A stretch of 64,000 nt of DNA from Armatimonadetes bacterium 13_1_40CM_64_14 (GTDB lineage Bacteria; Sysuimicrobiota; Sysuimicrobiia; Sysuimicrobiales; Kaftiobacteriaceae): the NCBI GenBank assembly GCA_001917855.1, contig MNEU01000005.1:813-64812 (forward strand), given 5' to 3'. The position numbers were made by a program, and so were the translations under genes. A model generated the notes under the pieces. It saw nothing but the letters and a program-made list of their open reading frames with translations, was not told the origin of the DNA and made no database searches. The first letter of the stretch is position 1. The number at the start of each line of letters is the position of its first letter. Positions 17,137-27,539 of this stretch are shown piece by piece.

Positions 17137-18309
17137 TCATTGCGACGGGCTCAGTGGTCCTGTGGCGATGACGGCAATGCGGTGCTCGACGTCGGAGGGT
17201 AGGAGGTGGATCCCCGCCGGGAAGGCTGCATGGTGCTGGACCATGAACTCGATTCCCGCCAGCATCAGTGCCGAGGTGAGATCGAAAGCGTCCAAGGGGT
17301 CGCCGAATCCGGCGGCTAAATTCAACATTGCGCCCTTTGCTAGCAGGTAGACGGTCCTCCCTTCGACCGCGACCTCCTCGATTGCCGGGCGAACCTCGCG
17401 CGTCGGGTACCGTCGCAGGGCAGGGATGTCGATCTCAAGATTGGAGTGGCCCGCATTCGCGAGGATGCACCCGTCGGCAAGGTGCGGGAAGTCGTCTGCG
17501 CCGAGGACGCGGTCGCACCCCGTGGCCGTGACGACAACGCCGGCACGCGCGAGGCCTTCCCGCATCGAGACGGGTTCGCCCCCTTGCTGACGGGCCAGCA
17601 CGAGGCGAACGGGGTCGATGTCACAGACCATGACCCGGGCGCCGAGCAGCCGTGCGTACTCGGCGATCCCCTGTCCGACCAGCCCATATCCGATCACTAG
17701 GACCCTCCGCGCGTACAACGTGAGCGCCGTGACGTTGATGAAAGTGTGCCATACCATCAGGCCCACGAGATAGCGGTTGTGCAGCCCTTGTTTCAGTGTC
17801 AGGCCGTCCCAGTTGAACACGGGGACGGGGAGCCGGAGAGCCTGCAGCCGGAGGATGCCGCTACCCGTGGCCTCCATCCCGGCCCGGAGCGTCTGGCGGG
17901 ATGTCGATCCGTCGCGGACGACCGCCGCGAGGAGCTCGCCTCCCATCTCGCTCACGAATTCGCACTCGTGCGACAACGCCCACCGAAAGCCCTCCTGACG
18001 TTCAGCCTCGGTCATCCCCGCCCAGGCGTACACCTTGGCGCCGCGCGCGGCCATCAACGCCGCCACGCCATCGCGCGTCGTGTGAGGGTTGCAGCCCAGG
18101 ACGACGACTTGGGCTCCCGCCTGGACGAGCGCCTCGACCACGGGGACCATCTTGATGTCCAGGTGGACGTTCAAACCGAGGCGGCGGCCGCGCAGCGTCG
18201 TGCGGGAAAGATCGGCTGCCACGCGTCGTGTGAGAGGGATGTAGCGCTGCAGCCAGGGGAGGTCTGCTTCAGCCGCAGCGGCGGCAGACGGGTCTTTGAT
18301 GCGTGTCAT
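17137..18309 (-). CDS. adenosylhomocysteinase-family NAD-binding protein (short form)
   Basis: Rossmann motif VIGYGLVGQGIA. 390 aa, shorter than classical AhcY. Confidence 0.5.
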   Translation of the reverse strand: MTRIKDPSAAAAAEADLPWLQRYIPLTRRVAADLSRTTLRGRRLGLNVHLDIKMVPVVEALVQAGAQVVVLGCNPHTTRDGVAALMAARGAKVYAWAGMTEAERQEGFRWALSHECEFVSEMGGELLAAVVRDGSTSRQTLRAGMEATGSGILRLQALRLPVPVFNWDGLTLKQGLHNRYLVGLMVWHTFINVTALTLYARRVLVIGYGLVGQGIAEYARLLGARVMVCDIDPVRLVLARQQGGEPVSMREGLARAGVVVTATGCDRVLGADDFPHLADGCILANAGHSNLEIDIPALRRYPTREVRPAIEEVAVEGRTVYLLAKGAMLNLAAGFGDPLDAFDLTSALMLAGIEFMVQHHAAFPAGIHLLPSDVEHRIAVIATGPLSPSQ

Positions 18310-18537
18310 CGAGGACGTGAGACCTTAGAGGACTGGCTGTGTGTTCGCGTGGCGGTGAACGGCTCCTGCTCCACGCGGTGGACCTCACCGCGCTTCTGCT
18401 ATAATGGCCTGCGAACTGAGTCGTTTCAACGTGGGTACGAGGACGCGGTGCCGCATCTTGCCGGGCTGTCCGCGCAGGCGGGTCAGTGAGATGCTTTGCG
18501 GGTCACGGCGCCTTGTCACCCAACATGGAGGTGTCTA

Positions 18538-19014
18538 ATGGGAGTCGACGTTGGCCAGCGTGTCCCCGATGTCACTTTGGTGAACGCTGAGCGCAAGGCG
18601 GTGAAGCTCTCAGAACTCCTGGGGAAGCCGACCGTGCTGGTCTTCTTCCCGGGTGCATTCACCAGTGTCTGCACCAAGGAGTTGTGTACGTTCCGCGACA
18701 GCATGGCGAAGTTTAACGACCTGAAGGCCCAGGTGCTGGCTATCAGCGTCGACAGTCCCTTTGCGCAGAAGGTCTTTGCCGAGCAGCAACGGCTCAACTT
18801 CCCGCTGCTGAGCGACTACAACCGGGAGGCGGTGCGGAAGTTTGGGATTGAGGATCCCAACTTCGCAGGCGGCGCGTTGCCCGGCGTAGCGAAGCGCGCG
18901 GTGTTTGGCGTGGACAAGACCGGCACGGTGAAATATAAGTGGGTCTCGGACAACCCCGGCATCGAACCCAATTACCAGGAAGTCGAAGCCGCCGTGCGCA
19001 AGCTCGCGGCGTAA
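18538..19014 (+). CDS. peroxiredoxin, AhpC/TSA (Bcp/PrxQ-like) family
   Basis: LVFFPGAFTSVCTKE catalytic Cys motif. Confidence 0.8.
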   Translation: MGVDVGQRVPDVTLVNAERKAVKLSELLGKPTVLVFFPGAFTSVCTKELCTFRDSMAKFNDLKAQVLAISVDSPFAQKVFAEQQRLNFPLLSDYNREAVRKFGIEDPNFAGGALPGVAKRAVFGVDKTGTVKYKWVSDNPGIEPNYQEVEAAVRKLAA

Positions 19015-19030
19015 CACCTCCCGTCCCGGG

Positions 19031-20110
19031 TCAGCCGGTGGACGGAGGTGGGGAAGAGGTCTCCGGGGTCGCGGCGGCCGATTTCGCTAACCCTGAGACG
19101 CGGACGCCCACCAGCCGGACCGCGCGGTCGAGCGTAAACCGGTCCAGTAACGCGATCGCCATGTGGCGGATCGTCTCAGGGTCGTCCGTCGACTGCTCGA
19201 GCGTCTGGGCGCGAGTGTGAGTTTGGAAGTCGTGGTAGCGAATTTTCAGAGTGATTGTCCGTCCCCGATAACCCTCCCCGCGCAGTTCGCCTACGACATC
19301 GTCTGCCAACTCGCGGATTGTCTCCACAATTTTGTCCCGGCGGCGCACGTCAGACTGATACGTCGTTTCCCGGCTGAGGGACTTCGGCTCCCAGTCCGTG
19401 ACGACCGGGCTGTCGTCTTCTCCGCGGCAGACATGATACAAGGACTCCCCCCACCGCGGTCCCAGCAGATCCTGCAGAGCCTCTAGCGACACGCGTTCCA
19501 AGTCCCCCACGGTGCGTACGCCGAGGGCGGCTTCCAGGCGGGCGCCGGTCTTGGGTCCGATCCCCCAGAGCACCGTCGCGGGCAGATCGCGCAGCATCTG
19601 CGGCGCCGTTTCTGCGGTGATTTCGGTGACAGCATTCGGTTTGTGGAGACCTGAGGCAATCTTGGCGAGCAGCTTGTTGGGGCCGATGCCAATCGAGGCA
19701 GTCAGCCCGGTTTGCGCGGTAATGGCGCCCCGGATCGTCTCGGCCAGCGCGCGCGGGGGTTCAGGGCGCGCGCTGACATCGAGAAAGGCCTCGTCTAATG
19801 AGAGCGGCTCGACTAGCGGAGTGTAGGAGCGGAGAATCGCCATAATCCGGCGTGAGGACGCGACGTAGGCGTCGAAGTCCACCGGCAGGAAAATGGCCTT
19901 GGGGCATTTCCGATACGCGACGCGCAGTGGCATCGCGGAGTGAATCCCATACGCCCGGGCTTCATAGGACGCCGTCGACACCACGCCGCGGCTGTGGGGA
20001 TTCCCCGACCCTCCAACGACGACCGGCTTGCCACGGAGGTGGGGTCGGCGCAGTTGTTCGATTGCCGCAAAGAAGGCGTCCATGTCCACGTGGAAGATCC
20101 GGCGGGTCAT
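19031..20110 (-). CDS. dinB: DNA polymerase IV (Y-family)
   Basis: IFHVDMDAFFAAIE, SYEAR..GI and the rest of the DinB architecture. Confidence 0.9.
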   Translation of the reverse strand: MTRRIFHVDMDAFFAAIEQLRRPHLRGKPVVVGGSGNPHSRGVVSTASYEARAYGIHSAMPLRVAYRKCPKAIFLPVDFDAYVASSRRIMAILRSYTPLVEPLSLDEAFLDVSARPEPPRALAETIRGAITAQTGLTASIGIGPNKLLAKIASGLHKPNAVTEITAETAPQMLRDLPATVLWGIGPKTGARLEAALGVRTVGDLERVSLEALQDLLGPRWGESLYHVCRGEDDSPVVTDWEPKSLSRETTYQSDVRRRDKIVETIRELADDVVGELRGEGYRGRTITLKIRYHDFQTHTRAQTLEQSTDDPETIRHMAIALLDRFTLDRAVRLVGVRVSGLAKSAAATPETSSPPPSTG

Positions 20111-20949
20111 CGTCGCCCTGCGCCTCGGTGGGGGAGACGGTGGGCGATCGCGTCCACGTGGGCGAGGGTGACCTCCCCATCGATGGCTACGCGGTCCACT
20201 GTCCCAGCGAGCGCCCGCTCCGCGTTCGCCACCATCGGCGGCGGCCAGTCAAACAGCCGAGCGATCTGGGAGACCGGAATCGCGCCTGTTGTCTGAAGGT
20301 AGCGCGCCAAGATGTGCGCGGCCGCGTGCGGGCCAGTGATCCGGTCGGCGACGCGAATGCTCTGGGGGAGCCAGCGGTCAAAGGTGTCCCAGATGAAGCT
20401 GTAAGTCCCCCCTTCGCTTTCGGCCACTTTGCCAATGAGAAGGTGGCTCTGCAGGTCGGCCAGCGCGCGGTGAAACGCTGCGCCGACCCCGCGACGGGTC
20501 ACGAACTGCCTGCGCAGGGTCCACGTCGAGCAGGTCCCATGCTTTCGCAGATAGTCGTAAATGTCTTTGGCCAGCAGGCTCAGACGGCCTTCCCGGTATG
20601 CCTGGAGGTGGTCGTCTCGTGCGCCCACGTTTCCAGTGAGCGCGTAGAAGTAGGGGATGTAGCCGAGCGAAATATAGGTCGGCTTGCGGCGGAGGACCTT
20701 TCCATAGAAGAGCTTCTTGTCGGTGGCGAGGTCATCTTTCCATTGCCAGGCCCACTCCCACTTGCGGTCAATGCTCCGGGTCGCGAGGACATCGAACAGC
20801 CCGGGCAGACCACCCGGCCCGCCGGTGAAGGCATAGCAGAATCCGACGTGATCGACAAAGGCCAGGGCTGCGCTCTTGGTGCGCACACGGTGGGCGGCCA
20901 GAAGCGCGGCGCGGTACCGGGTTACGTCTTGCCAGGAGAGGCTCGCCAT
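20107..20949 (-). CDS. hypothetical protein translationally coupled downstream of dinB (possible winged-helix/AlkZ-like protein; weak)
   Basis: ATGA overlap with dinB. 280 aa with a protein-like composition. No confident family call. Confidence 0.45.
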   Translation of the reverse strand: MASLSWQDVTRYRAALLAAHRVRTKSAALAFVDHVGFCYAFTGGPGGLPGLFDVLATRSIDRKWEWAWQWKDDLATDKKLFYGKVLRRKPTYISLGYIPYFYALTGNVGARDDHLQAYREGRLSLLAKDIYDYLRKHGTCSTWTLRRQFVTRRGVGAAFHRALADLQSHLLIGKVAESEGGTYSFIWDTFDRWLPQSIRVADRITGPHAAAHILARYLQTTGAIPVSQIARLFDWPPPMVANAERALAGTVDRVAIDGEVTLAHVDAIAHRLPHRGAGRR

Positions 20950-21152
20950 CAGACTTGGGGGTTTCCGTTCGTCCTGTTCGACATCGGCCCCCTGCGGGGG
21001 GAGCGTAAGAATCCCCCCGGTGCACGGGGATGATTGCGTCCTGCCCGGTCGTTAATGCAGGGGACAGGCGAGCGGCGCTCCGCGATGTGAGCCGAGCCGT
21101 CGGGAGCATGCCACGAGGGGAACGTTTGCCAGGAGGCGAATCGCACCGAGCG

Positions 21153-22514
21153 ACTATGTCAACACTACGCATCCACACGCTGGATAATGGCCTAACGATC
21201 CTGCTCCAGGAATCGCACACGGTGCCTATTGCCACCTTTTGGGTTTGGTACCGGGTGGGGAGTCGCAACGAAATGCCAGGGACGACCGGCATCTCCCACT
21301 GGGTGGAGCATATGTTGTTCAAAGGCACTCCCACCCATCCCAAAGGTACTCTGACCCGGTACATTGACCGGCTCGGTGGCCGGTGGAACGCCTTCACATG
21401 GAAGGACTACACGGCCTACCATGAGGTGCTCCCCCCCGAACTCCTCGATGTGGCCATCCGCCTGGAAGCCGATCGCATGGCCCACACCATTATGGATCCC
21501 TCGGAGGTGGACAGCGAACGGACTGTGATCATCTCCGAGCGCGAGGGTAGTGAGAATCATCCGTCCTATTTGCTGCGAGAAGAGGTTGATGCCATTGCGC
21601 ACAAGGTCCACCCGTACCGCATCCCGGTAATCGGGTGGAAGGATGACCTGCGCGTGATCACGCGCGATGACCTGTTCCACCACTATCGTACGTTCTACCA
21701 CCCCCAGAATGCCATCGCTGTGGCCATCGGTGCGTTCGAGGCAGACGCCATGCTGGAGGCGATCACGCGGGCGTTTGGCGAAGTGCCGCCCGGCCCACCG
21801 GTGCCGCCTATGCGCGTGCGGGAGCCAGAGCAAGAAGGCGAACGGCGGGTCGTTCTGCAGCGGCCCGGGGGCGCGACGAGCTACCTCCACATCGCCTATC
21901 ACGTGCCCGCCGCGACGCACCCGGATCTTGCCGCTTTGCTCGTGACTGACGGGCTGCTGTCCGGGTTCAAGGGCATCCTGCCGTTCGACCAGGCGGGGGG
22001 CGGTCGCAGTTCTCGATTGTACCGTGCCCTCGTGGACACTCGGCTCGCCACGGACGTAAGTTCCTCGATGACTCCCAGCGCAGACCCGACCCTGTTCCGG
22101 GTCGCGGCCACCGTCCGCGTGGGTGGCGAGGTGGGGATGGTCGAGGAGCGGATTCTCACCGAGGTGGACCGGTTGACGCGCGAGCCGGTGGGGGCAGACG
22201 AACTGGCGAAGGTGAAAAAGCAGGCGAAGGCCCAACTCATTTTCAGCCGCGACGGGGTCTTCCGCCTCGCCATGGGGCTGGGCGCGTTCGCCGTCGTCGA
22301 CGAACCTGCCGCGTTCGAGTCCCTGGTGAGCCGGATCGAGCGCGTGACCGTCGATGACGTGGTGCGTGTGGCTGCGACGTATCTAACTGAGCGCACCCGC
22401 ACGGTCGGAACGTACCTCCCTGTGCTTGGCGCCACGGTGTCTGCATCCCAGGCGGCAGTGCGTCCGGAGGTGTTTTTCATGCAGACTCCACGGGCCGGGA
22501 GGGTGCGTCCATGA
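21153..22514 (+). CDS. M16-family zinc peptidase (pitrilysin-like, HxxEH)
   Basis: Inverted zincin motif GISHWVEHMLFKGT. Confidence 0.8.
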   Translation, partial: TMSTLRIHTLDNGLTILLQESHTVPIATFWVWYRVGSRNEMPGTTGISHWVEHMLFKGTPTHPKGTLTRYIDRLGGRWNAFTWKDYTAYHEVLPPELLDVAIRLEADRMAHTIMDPSEVDSERTVIISEREGSENHPSYLLREEVDAIAHKVHPYRIPVIGWKDDLRVITRDDLFHHYRTFYHPQNAIAVAIGAFEADAMLEAITRAFGEVPPGPPVPPMRVREPEQEGERRVVLQRPGGATSYLHIAYHVPAATHPDLAALLVTDGLLSGFKGILPFDQAGGGRSSRLYRALVDTRLATDVSSSMTPSADPTLFRVAATVRVGGEVGMVEERILTEVDRLTREPVGADELAKVKKQAKAQLIFSRDGVFRLAMGLGAFAVVDEPAAFESLVSRIERVTVDDVVRVAATYLTERTRTVGTYLPVLGATVSASQAAVRPEVFFMQTPRAGRVRP

Positions 22515-23794
22515 CGCGGGCAGCCGTCCAGGCCGCGCTGATCACGCCTGAGACCGTGACCCGGTCTGAGCTCCACAACGGGCTTGTGGTGCTTGTGAAG
22601 GAGATGCGCGAGACTGGGTTGGTCTCCGTCCAGGGGTATGTGAAAGCGGGCGCAATGTTCGACGGACCACGCAGCGGCCTCGCCCGGTTTGTCGCCGCGA
22701 TGTTGCAACGGGGTACTCGCCGTTACGGTGCGGGCGAACTGGCTGAGATTCTGGACGGAATGGGCGCCAACCTGGGGATCCGGGCGGATATGGAGACCAT
22801 TACGCTGAGCCTACGCATGCTCGCAGAAGATACTGCCACGGCTCTGGGCCTGTTCGGGGAAGTCCTGACGCGTCCCACCTTCCCAGCAGACGAAACAGAG
22901 AAAGTTCGGGGTGAGCTCCTAACTTCCGTGCGCGTGGGAAAGCAGGACACCCGACAGATGGCGGAGCGGACGTTTCGAAATCTGCTGTACCCCGAGGCGC
23001 ATCCCTACCGAAACCTGCCCGACGGGGAGGAATCGGTTGTGGCCTCGGTGGCACGTGACGATCTGCAGGCGTTCCACCGCACACACTACCGTCCCGAGGC
23101 GACCCTGCTCGCGGTCGTCGGTGACGTGTCCACTGACGAGCTCCTCGGCAAGCTCGCGCAGGTCTTTGCCTCCTGGCCGCGCGGCGGTGTGTGGGCGCTC
23201 CCGCCTGTTCCCTCTCTGCCGGCGCTGGTCGAGCCGCGGCGAGGAGAATCCCGCATGCCTGGCAAGGTGCAGTCCGACATTGTCCTCGGTGCCTCGGGCA
23301 TACCGCGTAGCGCCCCCGACTACTATGACATCATGATCGCCAATCTCATCCTGGGGCAACTGGGGATGATGGGCCGGTTGGGGGATCGGGTCCGCGAACG
23401 GCAGGGGATGGCCTACTATGCGTTCAGCGAGTTGCGGGCCGGCTTGCTGGCCGGCCCGTGGTTGGTGCGTGCCGGGGTTAATCCGGCGAACGAGTCGGCG
23501 GCTTTGGACGGCGTCCTCGCGGAGATTCGCCGCTTCCAGCAGGACGGGCCCTCAGATGAAGAGGTGGCGGATGCGCGCGACAAACTGGTCGGGTCCCTGG
23601 CCGTCCGGCTGGAAACGCAAGCCGGTGTGGCGCAGATGATGGCTGACATAGAGCTCTATGACCTCGGATTGGATTACTTAGTGCGGTATCCGCAGCTGAT
23701 TCGCGGAGTTGGAAAGGACGCGATCGTTGAGGCAGCCCGAAGGTTCCCCGCCGCAGCGTACTGCCTGGCCATTGCCGGTCCGCCCGCAGCCTGA
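22511..23794 (+). CDS. M16-family peptidase, non-catalytic partner subunit
   Basis: M16 fold without HxxEH. 4-nt overlap with the upstream M16 gene. Confidence 0.75.
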   Translation: MTRAAVQAALITPETVTRSELHNGLVVLVKEMRETGLVSVQGYVKAGAMFDGPRSGLARFVAAMLQRGTRRYGAGELAEILDGMGANLGIRADMETITLSLRMLAEDTATALGLFGEVLTRPTFPADETEKVRGELLTSVRVGKQDTRQMAERTFRNLLYPEAHPYRNLPDGEESVVASVARDDLQAFHRTHYRPEATLLAVVGDVSTDELLGKLAQVFASWPRGGVWALPPVPSLPALVEPRRGESRMPGKVQSDIVLGASGIPRSAPDYYDIMIANLILGQLGMMGRLGDRVRERQGMAYYAFSELRAGLLAGPWLVRAGVNPANESAALDGVLAEIRRFQQDGPSDEEVADARDKLVGSLAVRLETQAGVAQMMADIELYDLGLDYLVRYPQLIRGVGKDAIVEAARRFPAAAYCLAIAGPPAA

Positions 23795-24441
23795 TGCCTG
23801 AGCGGTCCTCACTCCGGGTGGCTATCATCGGGGGGTCGGGCCATCTCGGACTCGGCCTGGCGCGGCGTCTGCACGGGGCGGGAGTCGAAGTGATGGTAGG
23901 ATCGCGAGATGCTGCGCGCGCGCAAGCAGCCGCCCAGTCGATTGGCCTGCCTTCCGATGCCGGACGCCTGAATGTGGAGGCCGCGCGCTGGGCTGCGGTG
24001 ATCGTCGTGACCGTTCCCTACGACGCGCACCGACAAATCTTGGAAAGCATTGCCCCCGTGGTGTCGGACAAGGTCATCGTGGACACCACGGTTCGCCTGG
24101 GCCGTTCGGGTGAGCGCGCCACACCGGTCCATGGGTCGGCGGCGGAGGAAGCCCGCGAGCTCCTGCCAACCGCGCGCATCGTGGCGGGGTTTCACACAGT
24201 CAGCGCGGCGATGCTGGCGGATCCCGCCCAGAGACCTCACGGACACGTGCTGCTCTGTGGGGATGATCCCAGCGCCAAGGAGCGTGTGGCAGAGATGGTC
24301 CGCTTACTCGGGATGCGCGCCGTCGATACCGGGAAATTAGGCCAGGCCGGGATCCTTGAGTCATTGGCCGGACTTCTGTTAGCCATCAATCGCCGCTACA
24401 AGCGGCGTGACCTCGGGATCGAGGTTGCAGGGTTGGACTGA
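23794..24441 (+). CDS. npdG: NADPH-dependent F420 reductase (FNO/NpdG family)
   Basis: N-terminal Rossmann motif VAIIGGSGHLGLGLA. The ~215-aa FNO-like size and layout. Confidence 0.65.
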   Translation: MPERSSLRVAIIGGSGHLGLGLARRLHGAGVEVMVGSRDAARAQAAAQSIGLPSDAGRLNVEAARWAAVIVVTVPYDAHRQILESIAPVVSDKVIVDTTVRLGRSGERATPVHGSAAEEARELLPTARIVAGFHTVSAAMLADPAQRPHGHVLLCGDDPSAKERVAEMVRLLGMRAVDTGKLGQAGILESLAGLLLAINRRYKRRDLGIEVAGLD

Positions 24442-24524
24442 TCGGCTCGCTGCTCCGAACGTAGACAGATCGTGGACCCGTTGGCATCAGCCTCTTATGT
24501 TGTATTCTGTGAATCGTCTGTGAG

Positions 24525-25298
24525 GTGTCGGGCGTGCGCCTGCGAACCTTGACCGCCTGGGCTCCTGAGGGATGCCCCGATATCCGCCCGGGAATGGATC
24601 TGTCCCGGGTGATCCTCGACTTGGTTCGCCGCAACAATCTCACCCCAGAGGACCTGGATGTGTTTGTCATTGCACACAAAGTTGTTTCTAAATCAGAAGG
24701 CAGCGTCGTTAACCTAGATGAGGTGACTCCCACTTCCCGTGGGGAGGCCCTGGCCGAGGAGACGGGCAAAGACCCGCGACTGTGCCAGGTGATCTTGAAC
24801 GAGTCGCGGGCGATCCTCCGGGTGCGCCCGGGACTGATCATCGCCGAGCACCGACTGGGGTTCATCTGCGCCAACGCGGGCGTCGATCACAGTAACGTCG
24901 GATTGGGCCCGCAATGGGTCGCGACCCTGCCGGCCGACCCCGACCGATCAGCCCAGGCCATCCGGCGCGCGCTCGAAGAGGCCCTCGGCGTGCGCGTGGC
25001 GGTGATCATCAACGACAGCCACGGACGCGCGTTTCGCGAGGGCGCGGTGGGGGTCGCGCTCGGTAGCGCGGGTCTGGCTCCTCTTTACAGCTACATCGGC
25101 AAGGAAGACCTGTATGGCTATGTCCTCCAGACCTCGGTAGAGGCTCTGGCCGACGAGCTTGCGTCCGCAGCGAGTCTGTTGCAAGGCCAGGCTGCCGAAG
25201 GGACGCCCGTGATCCTGATCCGCGGCGCGCGGGTGGAAATTGATGCGGGTGGCGCGAAGCCCTTGCTACGGGATCCCGCGAGAGACCTCTTTCGCTAG
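24525..25298 (+). CDS. cofE: coenzyme F420-0:L-glutamate ligase
   Basis: CofE signature: IAHKVVSKSEG, ANAGVDHSN, INDSHGRAFREG and ADELASAA. Confidence 0.75.
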   Translation: MSGVRLRTLTAWAPEGCPDIRPGMDLSRVILDLVRRNNLTPEDLDVFVIAHKVVSKSEGSVVNLDEVTPTSRGEALAEETGKDPRLCQVILNESRAILRVRPGLIIAEHRLGFICANAGVDHSNVGLGPQWVATLPADPDRSAQAIRRALEEALGVRVAVIINDSHGRAFREGAVGVALGSAGLAPLYSYIGKEDLYGYVLQTSVEALADELASAASLLQGQAAEGTPVILIRGARVEIDAGGAKPLLRDPARDLFR

Positions 25299-25328
25299 AC
25301 GCCGGATTCGGACCCTGAGGAGACCTAC

Positions 25329-26459
25329 ATGGCAATGAAGATCAAGACCGTCAAGTGTCGGATGTTTAGCGGCACACTCGACCGCCCCATCCACTTCGGG
25401 ATTGGGGCGTTTCCGGCATTCACGGCCACGTTGGTGGAAGTGACCACCGACGATGGTCTGGTGGGGATGGGGGAGTGCATTGTCCGCAAGGCCCCGCACG
25501 TCACCAAGGCTGTCGTTGACCAGATGTTCGCGCCGTTCCTCGTCGGACGCGACCCGCGGGATGCGGAAGGCCTCTGGGATGAGATGTTCCAGCAACTTCG
25601 AGGCTGGGGGCACTATCGAGGATTTGTCTTTGAGGCGATCAGCGGCATCGATACTGCTCTGTGGGACATCGTCGCCAAAGCCGCGGGCCAGCCCGTGTAC
25701 AAGGTCTTAGGGGGAGCCGGTCGGTCCCGCGTCCCCTGCTATGCGTCGTCTGTCTACTTTGCCGATGTCCCGGAGATGGTGGCGCAGGCCACCGACCAAG
25801 TGCGTCGCGGCCACACGGCACTGAAGGTGAAGATCGGCCGGTCCGCACAAATGGGCGGGCGTCGTATGGATGTGACCTCGATTCAGGCCATCCGTGAGGC
25901 GGTGGGTCCCGGCATCGACATCATGCTGGATGTCAACAGCGCCTATGACGCCGCGACGGCCATCAAGGTCGGGCGCCAATTGGAGGCTTCCGATATCACG
26001 TGGATTGAAGAGCCGGTGCCGCCGGATGACCTGGATGGGTATCAGCGCGTACGGACGGGGCAGAGCATCCCGATTGCCGCCGGCGAAAGCGAGTTCGGTG
26101 TCTTTGGCTTCCGCGAGCTCATCAAGCGCGGAGCGATCGATATCCTCCAGCCGGATGTCGCGCGGGTTGGGGGGTTTACGGGCGCCCGACGCGTCGGTGC
26201 GCTCGTGCATGCGCATAATCTACGGTACGCTCCGCACACCGGGTTTTCGGCGGGGGTTTCGCACCTCGCAGCGTTGCATGTTGCCGCAAGCGTTCCCAAC
26301 TTGATGACCTACGAGTATTTCTTCGCGCCCAACCCGCTCCGGGATTTGTTCGTCGAGCCGTTTCCCGAACCTAAGGGTGGGATGGTGGATGTCCCGCAGA
26401 AGCCCGGGCTAGGCTTGGCCCTTGACGAGAAGGTTCTGCGTAAGTTTGAGGTCTCGTAG
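25329..26459 (+). CDS. mandelate racemase/muconate lactonizing enzyme family (enolase superfamily) dehydratase
   Basis: KVKIG..., DVNSAYD, IEEP and other MR/MLE metal ligands. 376 aa. Confidence 0.75.
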   Translation: MAMKIKTVKCRMFSGTLDRPIHFGIGAFPAFTATLVEVTTDDGLVGMGECIVRKAPHVTKAVVDQMFAPFLVGRDPRDAEGLWDEMFQQLRGWGHYRGFVFEAISGIDTALWDIVAKAAGQPVYKVLGGAGRSRVPCYASSVYFADVPEMVAQATDQVRRGHTALKVKIGRSAQMGGRRMDVTSIQAIREAVGPGIDIMLDVNSAYDAATAIKVGRQLEASDITWIEEPVPPDDLDGYQRVRTGQSIPIAAGESEFGVFGFRELIKRGAIDILQPDVARVGGFTGARRVGALVHAHNLRYAPHTGFSAGVSHLAALHVAASVPNLMTYEYFFAPNPLRDLFVEPFPEPKGGMVDVPQKPGLGLALDEKVLRKFEVS

Positions 26460-26543
26460 GCCTCAGAACGTGGCCGCTCTCGGGTATTCTCGCGCGCCCC
26501 GGCCCGGATGGGCGGGCCGAATCTCCCCCGAACGGATTGATCA

Positions 26544-27518
26544 ATGCCGGCAAATCTAACCCCCCAGTACCTCGAAGCTGACCGCAAGTTTAAGGCGGCC
26601 ACGACGCTCCAGGACAAGCTCGCGGCGCTGGAAGAGATGCTGGCCACCATCCCCAAGCACAAGGGAACGGACAGGATGCAGGGCGACCTCAAACGTCGCA
26701 TCGCCAAGCTGCGCGACCAGATGCAGCGCCAGAAGAAGAGCGGCGGCCGGGGGCGGCCCTTCTTCCATGTCGAGCGGGAAGGGGCGGGCCAAGTGGTCCT
26801 CGTCGGTCCGCCCAATGCTGGCAAGTCAGCGTTGTTGCGGGCGCTAACCAATGCGCAGCCGGAGATCGCCGCCTACCCGTTTACGACACGCGCTCCGCTA
26901 CCGGGCATGATGGCGTATGAGAACGTGCAGGTGCAACTCGTCGATCTGCCCCCGATTACCCCGGATGCCACTGAGGGCTGGCTCTACGGCATCATCCGCA
27001 CCGCCGACGCCGCGGCGCTAGTGGTGGACCTGGCGACCGATGACGTCCTCTCCCAGACGGAGCGGGTCCAGGCCCTGCTCGACCAGGCGAAGCTCGCCCT
27101 CGTCGGCACCCCCACGGCACCGCACCACAAGCGTGCCCTCGCGGTCGCCAACAAACTCGACGCCCCCGGAGCACCAGAGCGCCTGGCTCTCATGCGCGAT
27201 TTCCTTCGCGAGACGCTCCCTCTCTATGCGGTCTCCGCCACGCATGGGACGGGTCTAGAGGCGCTGCGGCGTGCATTCTTTGAATTGCTGGGAGTCGTCC
27301 GCGTTTATAGCAAACCCCCGGGTCGCAAGGTCGACACGTCCACGCCGTTTATCCTCAAGCGCGGTTCGACGGTGATGCAGGCCGCCCAGGCCATCCACAA
27401 AGACTTCGTCGCCAAACTAAAGTTCGCGCGCTTGTGGGGGAAAGACGAATACCAGGGACAAATGGTCGGGCGCGACCACGTTCTCGAGGATGGAGACGTT
27501 ATCGAACTCCACGCCTAG
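26544..27518 (+). CDS. Obg/DRG-family GTPase with a C-terminal TGS domain
   Basis: P-loop GPPNAGKS. TGS-like C-terminus (VYSKPPG...DGDVIELH). Confidence 0.75.
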   Translation: MPANLTPQYLEADRKFKAATTLQDKLAALEEMLATIPKHKGTDRMQGDLKRRIAKLRDQMQRQKKSGGRGRPFFHVEREGAGQVVLVGPPNAGKSALLRALTNAQPEIAAYPFTTRAPLPGMMAYENVQVQLVDLPPITPDATEGWLYGIIRTADAAALVVDLATDDVLSQTERVQALLDQAKLALVGTPTAPHHKRALAVANKLDAPGAPERLALMRDFLRETLPLYAVSATHGTGLEALRRAFFELLGVVRVYSKPPGRKVDTSTPFILKRGSTVMQAAQAIHKDFVAKLKFARLWGKDEYQGQMVGRDHVLEDGDVIELHA

Positions 27519-27539
27519 AGGTGCGTGGGGCGGCGGACA

